Shown here: piece by piece, positions 7,786 to 17,476 of the stretch
How the letters are laid out: the number at the start of each line of letters is the position of its first letter
Position numbering within the stretch: the stretch's first letter is position 1
Source: Armatimonadota bacterium
GTDB lineage: Bacteria; Armatimonadota; Fimbriimonadia; Fimbriimonadales; GBS-DC
Assembly (NCBI GenBank): GCA_037445735.1
Contig: JBBIJY010000016.1
Location: 1 to 20,024, forward strand
DNA: 20,024 nucleotides
Direction: 5' to 3'
Made by a program: the position numbers and the translations under genes
The notes under the pieces: generated by a model
Seen by the model: the letters and a program-made list of their open reading frames with translations, nothing else
Databases searched by the model: none
What the model was told of the DNA's origin: nothing

Positions 7786-8879
7786 TCGCAATAGAGGGCT
7801 TCCCATCGGGACACCACCTGCTCAATCTCGAAGTTCGCCATCACATACGCTCTCCCTGCCATGCCCATCGCCTGACGCTCCTCTTCTGGCAGGCTCATCA
7901 TCTGAGTCATTGCTTGCGCCAGCGCATCGACATCGCCCGGCGGCACCAGAAAGCCGCTAACCCCATGCTGCATAATCTCAGAACACCCACCTACATCGGT
8001 ACAGACAACAGGCAGCCCGCTGGCATGCGATTCCAGCAGCACCATCGGCATGCCCTCCCACGCGGAAGACATCACATACGCATCGGCGATCCGCATCCAG
8101 TCGGGCACATCCTGCCGAACGCCCAGCAGTCTGACCGCATTCTCAAGTTCCAGCTCGGCAATTTGACGCTCTAAAGCGGGACGCAGCCATCCATCGCCAA
8201 TAATCAGCAGTCGCGCTTGGGGAAATTGCCGGTAGACTTTGTGGAAAGCACCGAGCATGAGGGGATAGTTTTTGGGAGGTTCTATGCGCCCGACTGCCAG
8301 CCAGATGAAACTGTTTTGCAAGCCCAGTTCCTGGCGCTTCAGGTGGCGCTGCTGCGGATCAGGTGCGAAGCGGCTCAGATCGACACCGTTCGGGATATAG
8401 GTGATCTTATGCGCGGGCACAGCGTTGACGCGCACATAGCGTTCCAGCCCTGCACGGCTGACCTGCGTGGTGAGATCGCACAGCCAGTCGGTAAGCTGAT
8501 AGGCGCGCTCGCGCTGCCAGCCTCCTTCGTCTATGCTATGAACTGTGCAGATGAGCACAGGTACGGGTGCCAGCAGGCGTGTGAGGCGCGCCAGCAGGTT
8601 CGCATGCACCATATGGGCATGCACCACATGGGGTCGCCATTCGCGTATGATGCGAGCCAGGCGCAACAGGGCGCGTGGGTCAGGCACCTTGCGCCGCATG
8701 CGCAGGTTGTCGACAGGGATTCCTGCCCACTGAAGTTCGTCCACATACGCAACGGGCGGCAGCATCGAGGCGATTCGCACCGCCCAGCCCCGCTGCTTCA
8801 GCCGTATCGCCAGCTCCTTCAGCTGCGTTTCGGCTCCACCATAAGCCAAGCCTGTGGTGACAGACAATACCTTTCTCAT
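7755..8879 (-). CDS. Glycosyltransferase family 4 (WbnK-like)
   Basis: MRKVLSVTTGLAYGGAE N-terminus, IPNGVD, VGRI..PKNY, SSAWEGMPMVLLE, TDVGG. ATG 8879 forms an ATGA overlap with the upstream stop; the ORF-track extension to 9176 is read-through into the upstream gene. Confidence 0.93.
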   Translation of the reverse strand: MRKVLSVTTGLAYGGAETQLKELAIRLKQRGWAVRIASMLPPVAYVDELQWAGIPVDNLRMRRKVPDPRALLRLARIIREWRPHVVHAHMVHANLLARLTRLLAPVPVLICTVHSIDEGGWQRERAYQLTDWLCDLTTQVSRAGLERYVRVNAVPAHKITYIPNGVDLSRFAPDPQQRHLKRQELGLQNSFIWLAVGRIEPPKNYPLMLGAFHKVYRQFPQARLLIIGDGWLRPALERQIAELELENAVRLLGVRQDVPDWMRIADAYVMSSAWEGMPMVLLESHASGLPVVCTDVGGCSEIMQHGVSGFLVPPGDVDALAQAMTQMMSLPEEERQAMGMAGRAYVMANFEIEQVVSRWEALYCEWIERKACRK

Positions 8880-10405
8880 CGGTCTCGGAATGCTAATCCA
8901 GACCCTACCAGTAACCAGAAAGGTGTCAGGGTTTGAGTCTCTAACAGTGGTGAAAGGGTCAGTGAGGATGCGGCGATCAATGCTTCTATCGCTATCAGCG
9001 CTAATCCAGCGGCGATGGTCAGGGGTAAGGTAGTCTGAGTCATCTGCCAGCCGCGCCACAGAACGCCCAGGAGCGCGATCAGAAAAACAAGCAGGTAGAG
9101 TGGCGTTCCCTGAACCAGCAGCGAGACATAGTAACTGTCTATAGGCGATTTGAGAGCATAGCCTGCTGGAACCCAAGTGCCCCAGACAAATTCGGTTTCA
9201 TACGCCTGCAGGGCGCTCTCCCACAGATCAAATCGCCCGATCGCGTTCGGGTCTATCTCTGCTCCCTCCATCACCACGCCAGCCAGCAGAACGACCCGTT
9301 CCAGCAGGTGGGAGGGAAGTAAAGCGGCGGCAAGAGCCAGCACGATTCCCAGCACGATCACGATCTTGCCTGTCAACCCTGCAAGGCGAGCAAGATACCT
9401 CTCATCACGGGTCAATACGGCACGCATGAATACAACAGCTCCCAGCACCGGCGCGCCAGCTACCAGCCCAATTATCGCCGAACGAGAAGCCGAGCTCAGC
9501 ACCGCCCATAATCCCGACAAACCGAGCAGCCATGTTGTGCCAAACCCCAGTCGCAGGCGTGCGAGCAGGCAAGCACTTAACAGCAAGAGAACCACCGCGC
9601 CGAAAAGCCCATAGCTGTTCGGATTAACGAGCAGTCCTGTGGTACGCGGGTAGAAAAACCATGTGGCAGTAAAACGCTGAGAAAATTCCTGATCAAGGAT
9701 CAGCCAGTCGGACGGCAACACGCCCGTCGGCGCAAGCAGCTGAATAAAAGCGTGGAGCAGGTGCGCTACGCCCGCCACGACAAACACCTGCAACATCACG
9801 CGCCAGAGGCGCTCCAGACCGTAGATTCGAATCGCCCAGTAGCCCATCAGCGCCAGACTGACCCACTGCAGATGGCGTACCCCTGGAATAGCGAACGAGG
9901 GCGACCAGCCGCTCACCAGCACTCCCAGTATCGGCAGAAGCACAGAGAGCAGGAGATAAGGGGTAAGACACACCAACAAAATATCCACGCGCTCGATGGA
10001 GAAGGCAAAATACCAGCGACTCAAACGAACCCGCTGCAAAAGCCATATCCCGAAGCAGATTATCCACAGCAAGTCGCCCAGAGCCACTCCGCCACGGTTG
10101 CCCAGTCCTTCCACCTGAAACACAGGTAGAGTTGCGCGATTGTAAACCGTTATCCATACAAACACCAGGCAGGCAAAAGCTGGTAGAGGATATTTCCACG
10201 CCCACAGCCCCCAGGCAAGCAGTAGAACGCCAGCAACCGCCCAGAAAGTAGCAGAAGGCATTCCCAGCATAAACAGCAGGCAGAGCGCGACCGTCAGTCC
10301 TGATCCTATCAGCCACGCGCCTGCGCTGGCTATCGCTTCTGATTCAGCAGGTGTAGCCCTAACCGCTCGCGTTCCCTTCAGAGCCGTGCTGTAAGCCGAG
10401 AACAT
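8876..10405 (-). CDS. Wzy polymerase / O-antigen ligase-family multi-pass membrane protein
   Basis: About a dozen hydrophobic segments; R..GLLVNPNSYG, SSASRSAIIG, GRFDLW and PIDSYY..LLVQG motifs typical of Wzy_C/WaaL; context includes Wzx. Start uncertain (47-nt overlap with the upstream GT). Confidence 0.8.
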   Translation of the reverse strand: MFSAYSTALKGTRAVRATPAESEAIASAGAWLIGSGLTVALCLLFMLGMPSATFWAVAGVLLLAWGLWAWKYPLPAFACLVFVWITVYNRATLPVFQVEGLGNRGGVALGDLLWIICFGIWLLQRVRLSRWYFAFSIERVDILLVCLTPYLLLSVLLPILGVLVSGWSPSFAIPGVRHLQWVSLALMGYWAIRIYGLERLWRVMLQVFVVAGVAHLLHAFIQLLAPTGVLPSDWLILDQEFSQRFTATWFFYPRTTGLLVNPNSYGLFGAVVLLLLSACLLARLRLGFGTTWLLGLSGLWAVLSSASRSAIIGLVAGAPVLGAVVFMRAVLTRDERYLARLAGLTGKIVIVLGIVLALAAALLPSHLLERVVLLAGVVMEGAEIDPNAIGRFDLWESALQAYETEFVWGTWVPAGYALKSPIDSYYVSLLVQGTPLYLLVFLIALLGVLWRGWQMTQTTLPLTIAAGLALIAIEALIAASSLTLSPLLETQTLTPFWLLVGSGLAFRDR

Positions 10406-11480
10406 TCAGGTAAGCCTCCACTGCACGCTCCAGCGAGAAGTCCACCGCACGAAGGGATGGGTCATACGCTGGAGGGTTATTCAATGTTTCCAGAATTGCC
10501 TCTGCCAGATTGTCTGGGTCGCCCACGGGCACCAGCTTACCCCATTTGCCATCCTCCAGAATCTCGCGCGGTCCGCTGGGACAATCCGTTGAGACAACAG
10601 GAGTACCACACGCCATCGCCTCAATCAGCACCGTCGGCAGCCCCTCCCAGCGCGATGACAGCACAAAAACCGCTGCACGCTTCATGTAAGCGAACGGGTT
10701 CTCCACAAAGCCGGGTAGCACGGCGTCCTGCTCCAGCCCCATGCTCCTGATTAACGATTCTAAAGCGGGGCGCTCTTCCCCCTCGCCAAGAATGAGTAAA
10801 CGCGCCAGACGCTGTTGACGCACACGGGCAAAGGCATGGATCAGCGTGGGGAAATCTTTCTCGGCAGTGAGTCGTCCCACCCCCAGCACCACAGGGGGCT
10901 GACCCTCAGCAAACCATGGATGATCCAGGGGCTGATTAGCAAGATCGAGCAGCTCCGGCGTTACGACAGGATTGTAGATAACCTGCACCTGTTCCCTGCG
11001 AAGGCGATACAGCTGCAGGGCGTCGTCGGCAACCCCCTGGGAGACGGCGATAACCTTATCGGCTAACGGGAAGAGCCGGCGTGCCAGAAAGGGGATTAAG
11101 CGGGCGCGTGTGGTGGCAGATTTTCTTGTGGCGACACTCATTGTGCTATGCACGGTCACTATCACTCTGGTTGGAGTCCGTGCGATCCGCCGGGCAAGGA
11201 TCGCAATCATGTTTGCATGCTCCAGAGCAGCGATGAGAACAGCTGGTCGATGCGCACGGAGATAGCGCACCAAAGGCAGCAGGCTCCAAAGGACACGCGA
11301 CGCACGCAGGTTCACCATGCGCACTTCAGACGGAACCTGATTGAGGTATGGACCTGCGGCGTTCGCCAGCACCAGATCAACATCAAAGCCGCGCTGGGCA
11401 AACCCTTTACCCAGAAGCAGAAACACTCGCTCGGCACCACCACACGAAAGTAGAGGCATATATAACGCAATCCTTGCCAT
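10359..11480 (-). CDS. Glycosyltransferase family 4 (WabH/PglJ-like)
   Basis: MARIALYMP....GGAERV, IYNPV, VGRL..EKDF, SSRWEGLPTVLIEAMACG, TDCPSGPREIL. ATG 11480 is preceded by AGGGGGTGG. Confidence 0.93.
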   Translation of the reverse strand: MARIALYMPLLSCGGAERVFLLLGKGFAQRGFDVDLVLANAAGPYLNQVPSEVRMVNLRASRVLWSLLPLVRYLRAHRPAVLIAALEHANMIAILARRIARTPTRVIVTVHSTMSVATRKSATTRARLIPFLARRLFPLADKVIAVSQGVADDALQLYRLRREQVQVIYNPVVTPELLDLANQPLDHPWFAEGQPPVVLGVGRLTAEKDFPTLIHAFARVRQQRLARLLILGEGEERPALESLIRSMGLEQDAVLPGFVENPFAYMKRAAVFVLSSRWEGLPTVLIEAMACGTPVVSTDCPSGPREILEDGKWGKLVPVGDPDNLAEAILETLNNPPAYDPSLRAVDFSLERAVEAYLNVLGLQHGSEGNASG

Positions 11481-11502
11481 GACAACCACCCCCTGATCGA
11501 TT

Positions 11503-12246
11503 TTATCGTCTAAAGCAATGCTTTGTGCGCAAGGCGAATCTCCATAACATGGCAAAAAGCAGATTTGACGAGCTCGCATGAGTGTGGTGGGAATATAATT
11601 GCATGACTTCCGCGAAGGTAGAGAGCTGTGGAGCAAAGCGATCCACATTTTTAGCAAACTGAACCACCTGTTCAGATGTCATTTTATTATGATGAAAACA
11701 GATAGTCCACACACCGAAAGGCATTCTATACCAGCGCCATATCTGCTGGGGAATCCAGAGTATTCCATACTGACGCTGTGGGAAGAGGAAGAAACCGTCG
11801 CTAATTACATCGATTCCCAATTCCATCAGTGCTTTTAAAGTATGGATGTCAAAGCTGTGAGCTGGGGCAACAAAAACTTGTGGACGGATGTCGTTTTGCA
11901 GAAATATCTCCAGCGCGCTCTGGAGCTTTTGCTTTTGTTGCTGGAAAGGTAATCCAGCAAACTCGCTTTTTTTATGGAAGCCCAGCAGCCCTGAATCCTG
12001 AGTCACAAATAGATGCTGGTAGCCGTGCATGCCAATGCACCACCCTTCTTGTTGTTTCATGCGCAGCCAGTCCCAAAAGTCCTCTCTGGGGGGAGCAATC
12101 TGCAAATGGGGATCCTGATTATCAGGTACAACTGCCAGCAGCGGTTTGATTTTGTAGCTATCCAGTATAGTCTCGAGCTTAGCCCAGGTTGCCCAGTTCA
12201 TGGTTGGGCAAATATCATCGAATCGGATCAGGTAGGTTGTCTTCAT
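11503..12246 (-). CDS. Polysaccharide deacetylase-like protein (DUF2334-type, CE4/NodB fold)
   Basis: YLIRFDDICP (motif 1, DD), MHGYQH (motif 2, H-x3-H), FVAPAH, ICFH. ATG 12246 is preceded by AGGTGG. Confidence 0.8.
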   Translation of the reverse strand: MKTTYLIRFDDICPTMNWATWAKLETILDSYKIKPLLAVVPDNQDPHLQIAPPREDFWDWLRMKQQEGWCIGMHGYQHLFVTQDSGLLGFHKKSEFAGLPFQQQKQKLQSALEIFLQNDIRPQVFVAPAHSFDIHTLKALMELGIDVISDGFFLFPQRQYGILWIPQQIWRWYRMPFGVWTICFHHNKMTSEQVVQFAKNVDRFAPQLSTFAEVMQLYSHHTHASSSNLLFAMLWRFALRTKHCFRR

Positions 12247-12253
12247 AATCCAC

Positions 12254-12919
12254 CTACGCCTTCTGCACAAAAATGTGGTCAAGGTCAGGTTGCGGATACT
12301 CAATCCACATCTGTTTGATGGGATAGCGAAGCAGCAAAGCAGGAATCCTGCCTCGTGGAGGATGAGGGTGTCCGATCTTAAATCCTGTCTTGTCGTTGAG
12401 AAAGACGACCAGGCGGCGCATCATGCTCAATTCTGTGCGGCGAAAGGAAGAGTTATTCGCTATGATATATGCGTAGCCGCCAGAGCGAATCAGCCGGTAG
12501 ATAGTATCCGTGAAAGATGCATCATTCCACCCATAGCAGAAGCAAATGCGGTTGAATACCAGATCAAACTGGCGGTTCAGGATTTTGGGGGCTTCATCCA
12601 TATAGCCCAGCACAAACTCAATGTCCACATTCCACTGGGATGCCTTTTGCTGGGCAATGCGCAGGTAGTTACGGCTAATGTCGTACCAGGTTACGCGCGC
12701 TCCGCGCTTCGCAAAAGCCACCGCGTACTGCCCGCCACCTGCACCCAGGTCCAGAACCTGCTTGCCTTCCAGCCCACCAATCCATTCAGCGATTCTGTCG
12801 ACGAGCGGTTCGTCGACTTTTTGCCACTCATGCTCGGCATAGCGCTGGGCATATTCTACCGGGATAGGATCCCAGCCTTTTTCAGGGCGATAAAACAGGG
12901 CGAACAGACGGTTAATCAT
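12254..12919 (-). CDS. Class I SAM-dependent methyltransferase
   Basis: VLDLGAGGG (motif I), acidic residue in VTWYDIS, FDLVF, LIRSGG; GGAGGT lies 9 nt upstream of the ATG. Confidence 0.88.
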   Translation of the reverse strand: MINRLFALFYRPEKGWDPIPVEYAQRYAEHEWQKVDEPLVDRIAEWIGGLEGKQVLDLGAGGGQYAVAFAKRGARVTWYDISRNYLRIAQQKASQWNVDIEFVLGYMDEAPKILNRQFDLVFNRICFCYGWNDASFTDTIYRLIRSGGYAYIIANNSSFRRTELSMMRRLVVFLNDKTGFKIGHPHPPRGRIPALLLRYPIKQMWIEYPQPDLDHIFVQKA

Positions 12920-13016
12920 TGTTCATGCACCTCCAGCAGCCTTGAGTGGCATGCTGCTGCCTCTCGGAAAGGAGAGATAAACGGATGTCGGGCGTTCGCG
13001 GGTGATTATTCGTCAT
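12912..13016 (-). other. 34-aa small ORF with a perfect SD; small protein or gene remnant
   Basis: AGGAGGTGAgccATG at 13016 opens MTNNHPRTPDIRLSLLSERQQHATQGCWRCMNND*; its TAA overlaps the methyltransferase start (ATGATTAA). Confidence 0.4.
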
Positions 13017-13027
13017 GGCTCACCTCC

Positions 13028-14305
13028 TCATATCAGTCCCATCTGACACATTAATTGGCAGGTTCTTGCGTGGAAGGTCTGGCGTGCCAGAGCAACCTGT
13101 TGCTCTAAATGCGCCCGCATCATGTTCAGATCGGCGCCAAGGATGCGCTCCACAACCGCGTCAGCCTTCAGATTGGCTGCGGGAACGACCCAATCGCCCA
13201 TACCCATGTCCTGCATGATACCCAGCGATTTCGGACCGAAGTAGGAGAGCGCGTAGCAGGGCGCACCGGCAACAAGCGCCAGAATCACCGAGTGGAAGCG
13301 TGTGCCGAGCAAAAATTTGCTCTGACCATACAGGGCGCTCAGCTCCATTGGTGAAAGGTCTTCCTGAATCAGGCACACGGGCAAGCCGCGCAGACGCTCC
13401 AGCAACTGCCGGGACGCGATAGAGTCGTCTTCGCGCGGGATGGGGCCCATCGTGTGAACCACGACCGCGACGCGCTGAACAAAGCCGGCGCGAAGCAGTT
13501 CGCTGCCTATTCGGGCTACCTGATCCAGATAGTATGAGTACGACTCGCGCGGCAGATGAGGTATCCAGCGCACCGTGATAGTCAGAAACCGCTCTTGTTC
13601 TAATTCATGCTCGCGCATTAACTGTTCGACGCGCGGGGTGAGGGCAGGGGTGAGAGCAAATGCGGGATCGGGCACGCGATAAACCCTGTCCGCTGGCAAT
13701 CTCAGCTGGATAGCCAGCTCGCCGGAGAGGCTTTCGCGCACGCCGATAGCCGTCGCGTCCTTCAACACCGCACGCACCCACCACCGTGAAAAGCGATCAT
13801 GGAAGGGGCCCAGTGAATGCCCCCATAAGACAAAGGGCACGCCATAGTGTCGGGCTAATAGAAGGGGAGCCAGATGGCTGTAAAGGTTGGCGTAATGGAG
13901 CGGATTCGATTTTGCGGTGTGGAGCTTATGCCCGCCCTTGCTGATCACCAGCGCCGACTCCGCAATCAGGCGTGCTCCTGAACTCCGACTTCGCTTCAGC
14001 CGCAGCGATGCAGACAGCAATCGGCACAGGTAGCTGAGCGCGGAGAGAGCGAGTTGCCAGCGTGTGCCCCCCGCTGCCTTCATCGTCGGCAGCAAACAGG
14101 GAGCCACTTCCACGCACCCGCAAGCCGAGCGCACATGCCGATAGGCATGCGCTATATCATCGCTCTCGGTCAGGCTCTGAGCCACCAGCCCGAAGCGTGC
14201 CTTCTCGCCCTGAATCTCCTGCAGAACATTCATGGTGGCGATGACAATGGCACTATCGCCTTTGTTATCATCATGCCAGGCATTAACCAGGGTGACTCGG
14301 CTCAT
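13028..14305 (-). CDS. Polysaccharide pyruvyl transferase (WcaK/CsaB-like)
   Basis: NKGDSAI, SKGG, GHSLGPF, IGVRESLS, VPDPAF, GTRFHSVILAL. ATG 14305 is preceded by AGGAG. Confidence 0.9.
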   Translation of the reverse strand: MSRVTLVNAWHDDNKGDSAIVIATMNVLQEIQGEKARFGLVAQSLTESDDIAHAYRHVRSACGCVEVAPCLLPTMKAAGGTRWQLALSALSYLCRLLSASLRLKRSRSSGARLIAESALVISKGGHKLHTAKSNPLHYANLYSHLAPLLLARHYGVPFVLWGHSLGPFHDRFSRWWVRAVLKDATAIGVRESLSGELAIQLRLPADRVYRVPDPAFALTPALTPRVEQLMREHELEQERFLTITVRWIPHLPRESYSYYLDQVARIGSELLRAGFVQRVAVVVHTMGPIPREDDSIASRQLLERLRGLPVCLIQEDLSPMELSALYGQSKFLLGTRFHSVILALVAGAPCYALSYFGPKSLGIMQDMGMGDWVVPAANLKADAVVERILGADLNMMRAHLEQQVALARQTFHARTCQLMCQMGLI

Positions 14306-15599
14306 GATGGAGCGACTCCTCACGGTTAGCGTTGAAGGGTCTGGGTGCACTCCAGAGGATCAATCCTATCAGCAGCCCCAGGCTCAACATGCTAACCACA
14401 GCATACCCGATGAGTGCCACACGAAAGGGCTGACTCATCTGGGCAGATACCCAGAAACTGGCGAACACCAGTAGCACGCGCATGAATTCCCAGCCAAACT
14501 GGGCGGGCAGGCTGCGGGTGATCGTCAGAGTCTGGGCAATCGGTGCCGCCATCAGGCGCACCAGCAGCAGAGGTGCCAGAATCTGCAGATATTCGCCTGT
14601 AGTGCGCCATTCGGCACCGAACACCAGCGCGAACAGCGGCGGCGCAAACACCATCAGAAGCAAAGTTGGCGCAATGCCAATCGTAAACAGTGCCCGCAGG
14701 ATGCGCCACACCAGCGTGCGAAGCTCTTCTGGCGAACAGCGGCTATATTCCGCCGCGCGCCCCAGATAGACCTGCCCGATGGAGGTGCCCGCCAGATCAA
14801 CAGGCGTTCCAATCAGGCGCAGTCCCAGCGCGAGCCAGCCCGCCTCCTTCAAAGAGTAGAGGCTCGCCGCGAGCAGCAGGGGCAACTGATGGCTCAGGGT
14901 GTTCAACAGAGCCGCAGGCACACTGTAGGCAGGAAACTGCCAGTACCGCTTGAGCAAGAGCCATGCCGAGCGCCACGCTCCAAGGTCAGGACGCCAGCGC
15001 CAGCCAACTGTCAACAACGCGACGAGCTGACCCACCACCTGACCCAGCACCAGACCCAGCGCGCCCAACTTGAACAATCCCCCCGTGAGCTGGGTCAGCA
15101 CATACGCAAGGGCGAACAGCCACCGACTGTGTGCCTGAACCCGAAACTGCTGGCGCCGAGTCCGCCGAAAGGAGAGAATCTGCGATGCGCCATACAGGGC
15201 AATCCCCAGCGTCAGCAGACCCAGATAGGGCTTCACACTCTGGAGGATGCCAAGATTCAAGCCATACGCTATTCCCCACAGAAGGGCGCCTGTTAGCAGC
15301 GAGAGAACCGCAACCACTATCACCGACACCGAAGCGAGCTGCTCGGCTTCCGCCGGGTCTCCTGGTAGCAAAAGTGCCAGCTCATAGCGCAGGGTGACCA
15401 CCACGCTGAGAGTCACCACCAGCGCACTATAGGTTGCCAGCACGCCGTAGTCGGAGGGGGTGTAGAGGCGGGTGAGAAGGGGGGCGGCAAGAATCAGAAT
15501 CGCCTGCCCTGCCAGCGTGCCCAGCATCAGCTCGCTGATATGGCGAACCGCTGGGCGAGCATTCAGCAGCCGCTGCACCCTCTGTATCATCAGACCCAC
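14283..15599 (-). CDS. wzx: Wzx-type oligosaccharide flippase (MOP superfamily)
   Basis: LMLGT..GQ.....AAPLLTRLYTPSDYG, TLRYELA, LF..VFGAEW..TG.Y; hydrophobic throughout. Start is GTG 15599 or ATG 15590. Confidence 0.9.
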   Translation of the reverse strand: MGLMIQRVQRLLNARPAVRHISELMLGTLAGQAILILAAPLLTRLYTPSDYGVLATYSALVVTLSVVVTLRYELALLLPGDPAEAEQLASVSVIVVAVLSLLTGALLWGIAYGLNLGILQSVKPYLGLLTLGIALYGASQILSFRRTRRQQFRVQAHSRWLFALAYVLTQLTGGLFKLGALGLVLGQVVGQLVALLTVGWRWRPDLGAWRSAWLLLKRYWQFPAYSVPAALLNTLSHQLPLLLAASLYSLKEAGWLALGLRLIGTPVDLAGTSIGQVYLGRAAEYSRCSPEELRTLVWRILRALFTIGIAPTLLLMVFAPPLFALVFGAEWRTTGEYLQILAPLLLVRLMAAPIAQTLTITRSLPAQFGWEFMRVLLVFASFWVSAQMSQPFRVALIGYAVVSMLSLGLLIGLILWSAPRPFNANREESLHHEPSHPG

Positions 15600-15609
15600 T
15601 GCTGCGAGA

Positions 15610-15615
15610 AGTATA
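15610..15615 (-). promoter_or_regulatory. Putative -10 box (AGG-TATACT) for the polysaccharide operon
   Basis: Minus strand reads gaggTATACTtctcgcagcaGTG: 10 nt to GTG 15599; no recognisable -35. Confidence 0.5.
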
Positions 15616-15689
15616 CCTCTATCCCTGAGGCTGGATCGGCTCTGCGAGTGTTCGAAAATTCAGGGCGTCGTATCTGCCTGAGTGCAGAA

Positions 15690-15766
15690 CCCCCCTACCC
15701 GTACCCCCTTCCCTGCCTGCGGGGAGAGGGAGCTTTGTTTCTCACTCTCCATGCTGGGGTGAGGGG
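15690..15766. repeat. Degenerate pyrimidine/purine palindromic element, BoxC/REP-like
   Basis: CCCCCCTACCCGTACCCCCTTCCC-tgcctgc-GGGGAGAGGG, then an inverted, partly deleted partner CTCACTCTCC..GCTGGGGTGAGGGG; the outer ends can pair. Single copy in this window. Confidence 0.55.
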
Positions 15767-15831
15767 CATCCTTGCCTCTGGGCGGGGAATTCCGTTCCCA
15801 GAGTGGAATCTTCGAACCATCTCTTGACCCC

Positions 15832-15859
15832 TTGACATCCCTGTCATGACGGGTATAAT
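15832..15859 (+). promoter_or_regulatory. Consensus sigma-70/SigA promoter for rpoZ-dnaJ-pfkB
   Basis: TTGACA (15832-15837), 16-nt spacer, TATAAT (15854-15859); both hexamers are exact consensus. Confidence 0.85.
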
Positions 15860-15888
15860 AATAGGTCGACATCATGGGCAAACACTTG

Positions 15889-15951
15889 GTCAGACGCCAC
15901 GCGGGGTGGAGCGCGAGCATCGAAGCGCCCGCGCGTGTTATGGCGTCTGAC
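15889..15951 (+). other. Stem-loop in the predicted rpoZ leader
   Basis: GTCAGACGCCA (15889-15899) is the exact reverse complement of TGGCGTCTGAC (15941-15951); inner CGCGGG (15900-15905) can pair with CCCGCG (15928-15933). Confidence 0.6.
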
Positions 15952-16004
15952 ACCAGTCATACCGCTGCGAAAACCGCTGACATCAAAGGGATGGTGATAG
16001 GTGA

Positions 16005-17473
<1,469 letters not shown>

Positions 17474-17476
17474 AAG

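Noticed and set aside
8880..9176. N-terminal extensions in the ORF track (GT4 to 9176, GT4 to 11657, deacetylase to 12303, pyruvyl transferase to 14350)
   Set aside because: They overlap upstream genes extensively; downstream ATGs with SD sequences or ATGA overlaps match the expected family N-termini.
15823..15837. CtsR box or CIRCE upstream of dnaJ
   Set aside because: The TTGAC direct repeat has an 8-nt period rather than the 10-nt period of CtsR heptads, and no TTAGCACTC-N9-GAGTGCTAA is present.
15660..15953. 97-aa minus-strand ORF and other short ORFs in the wzx-rpoZ intergenic region
   Set aside because: They run through the promoter and the palindromic element, have no recognisable motif, and their Pro/Gly/Arg-rich content simply translates the repeat.
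15866..16004. SRP RNA, 6S RNA or an intrinsic terminator
   Set aside because: No SRP domain IV motif; the region is shorter than typical 6S RNA and lacks a convincing closing stem; no U-tract follows the hairpin. Kept only as an unassigned structured leader.
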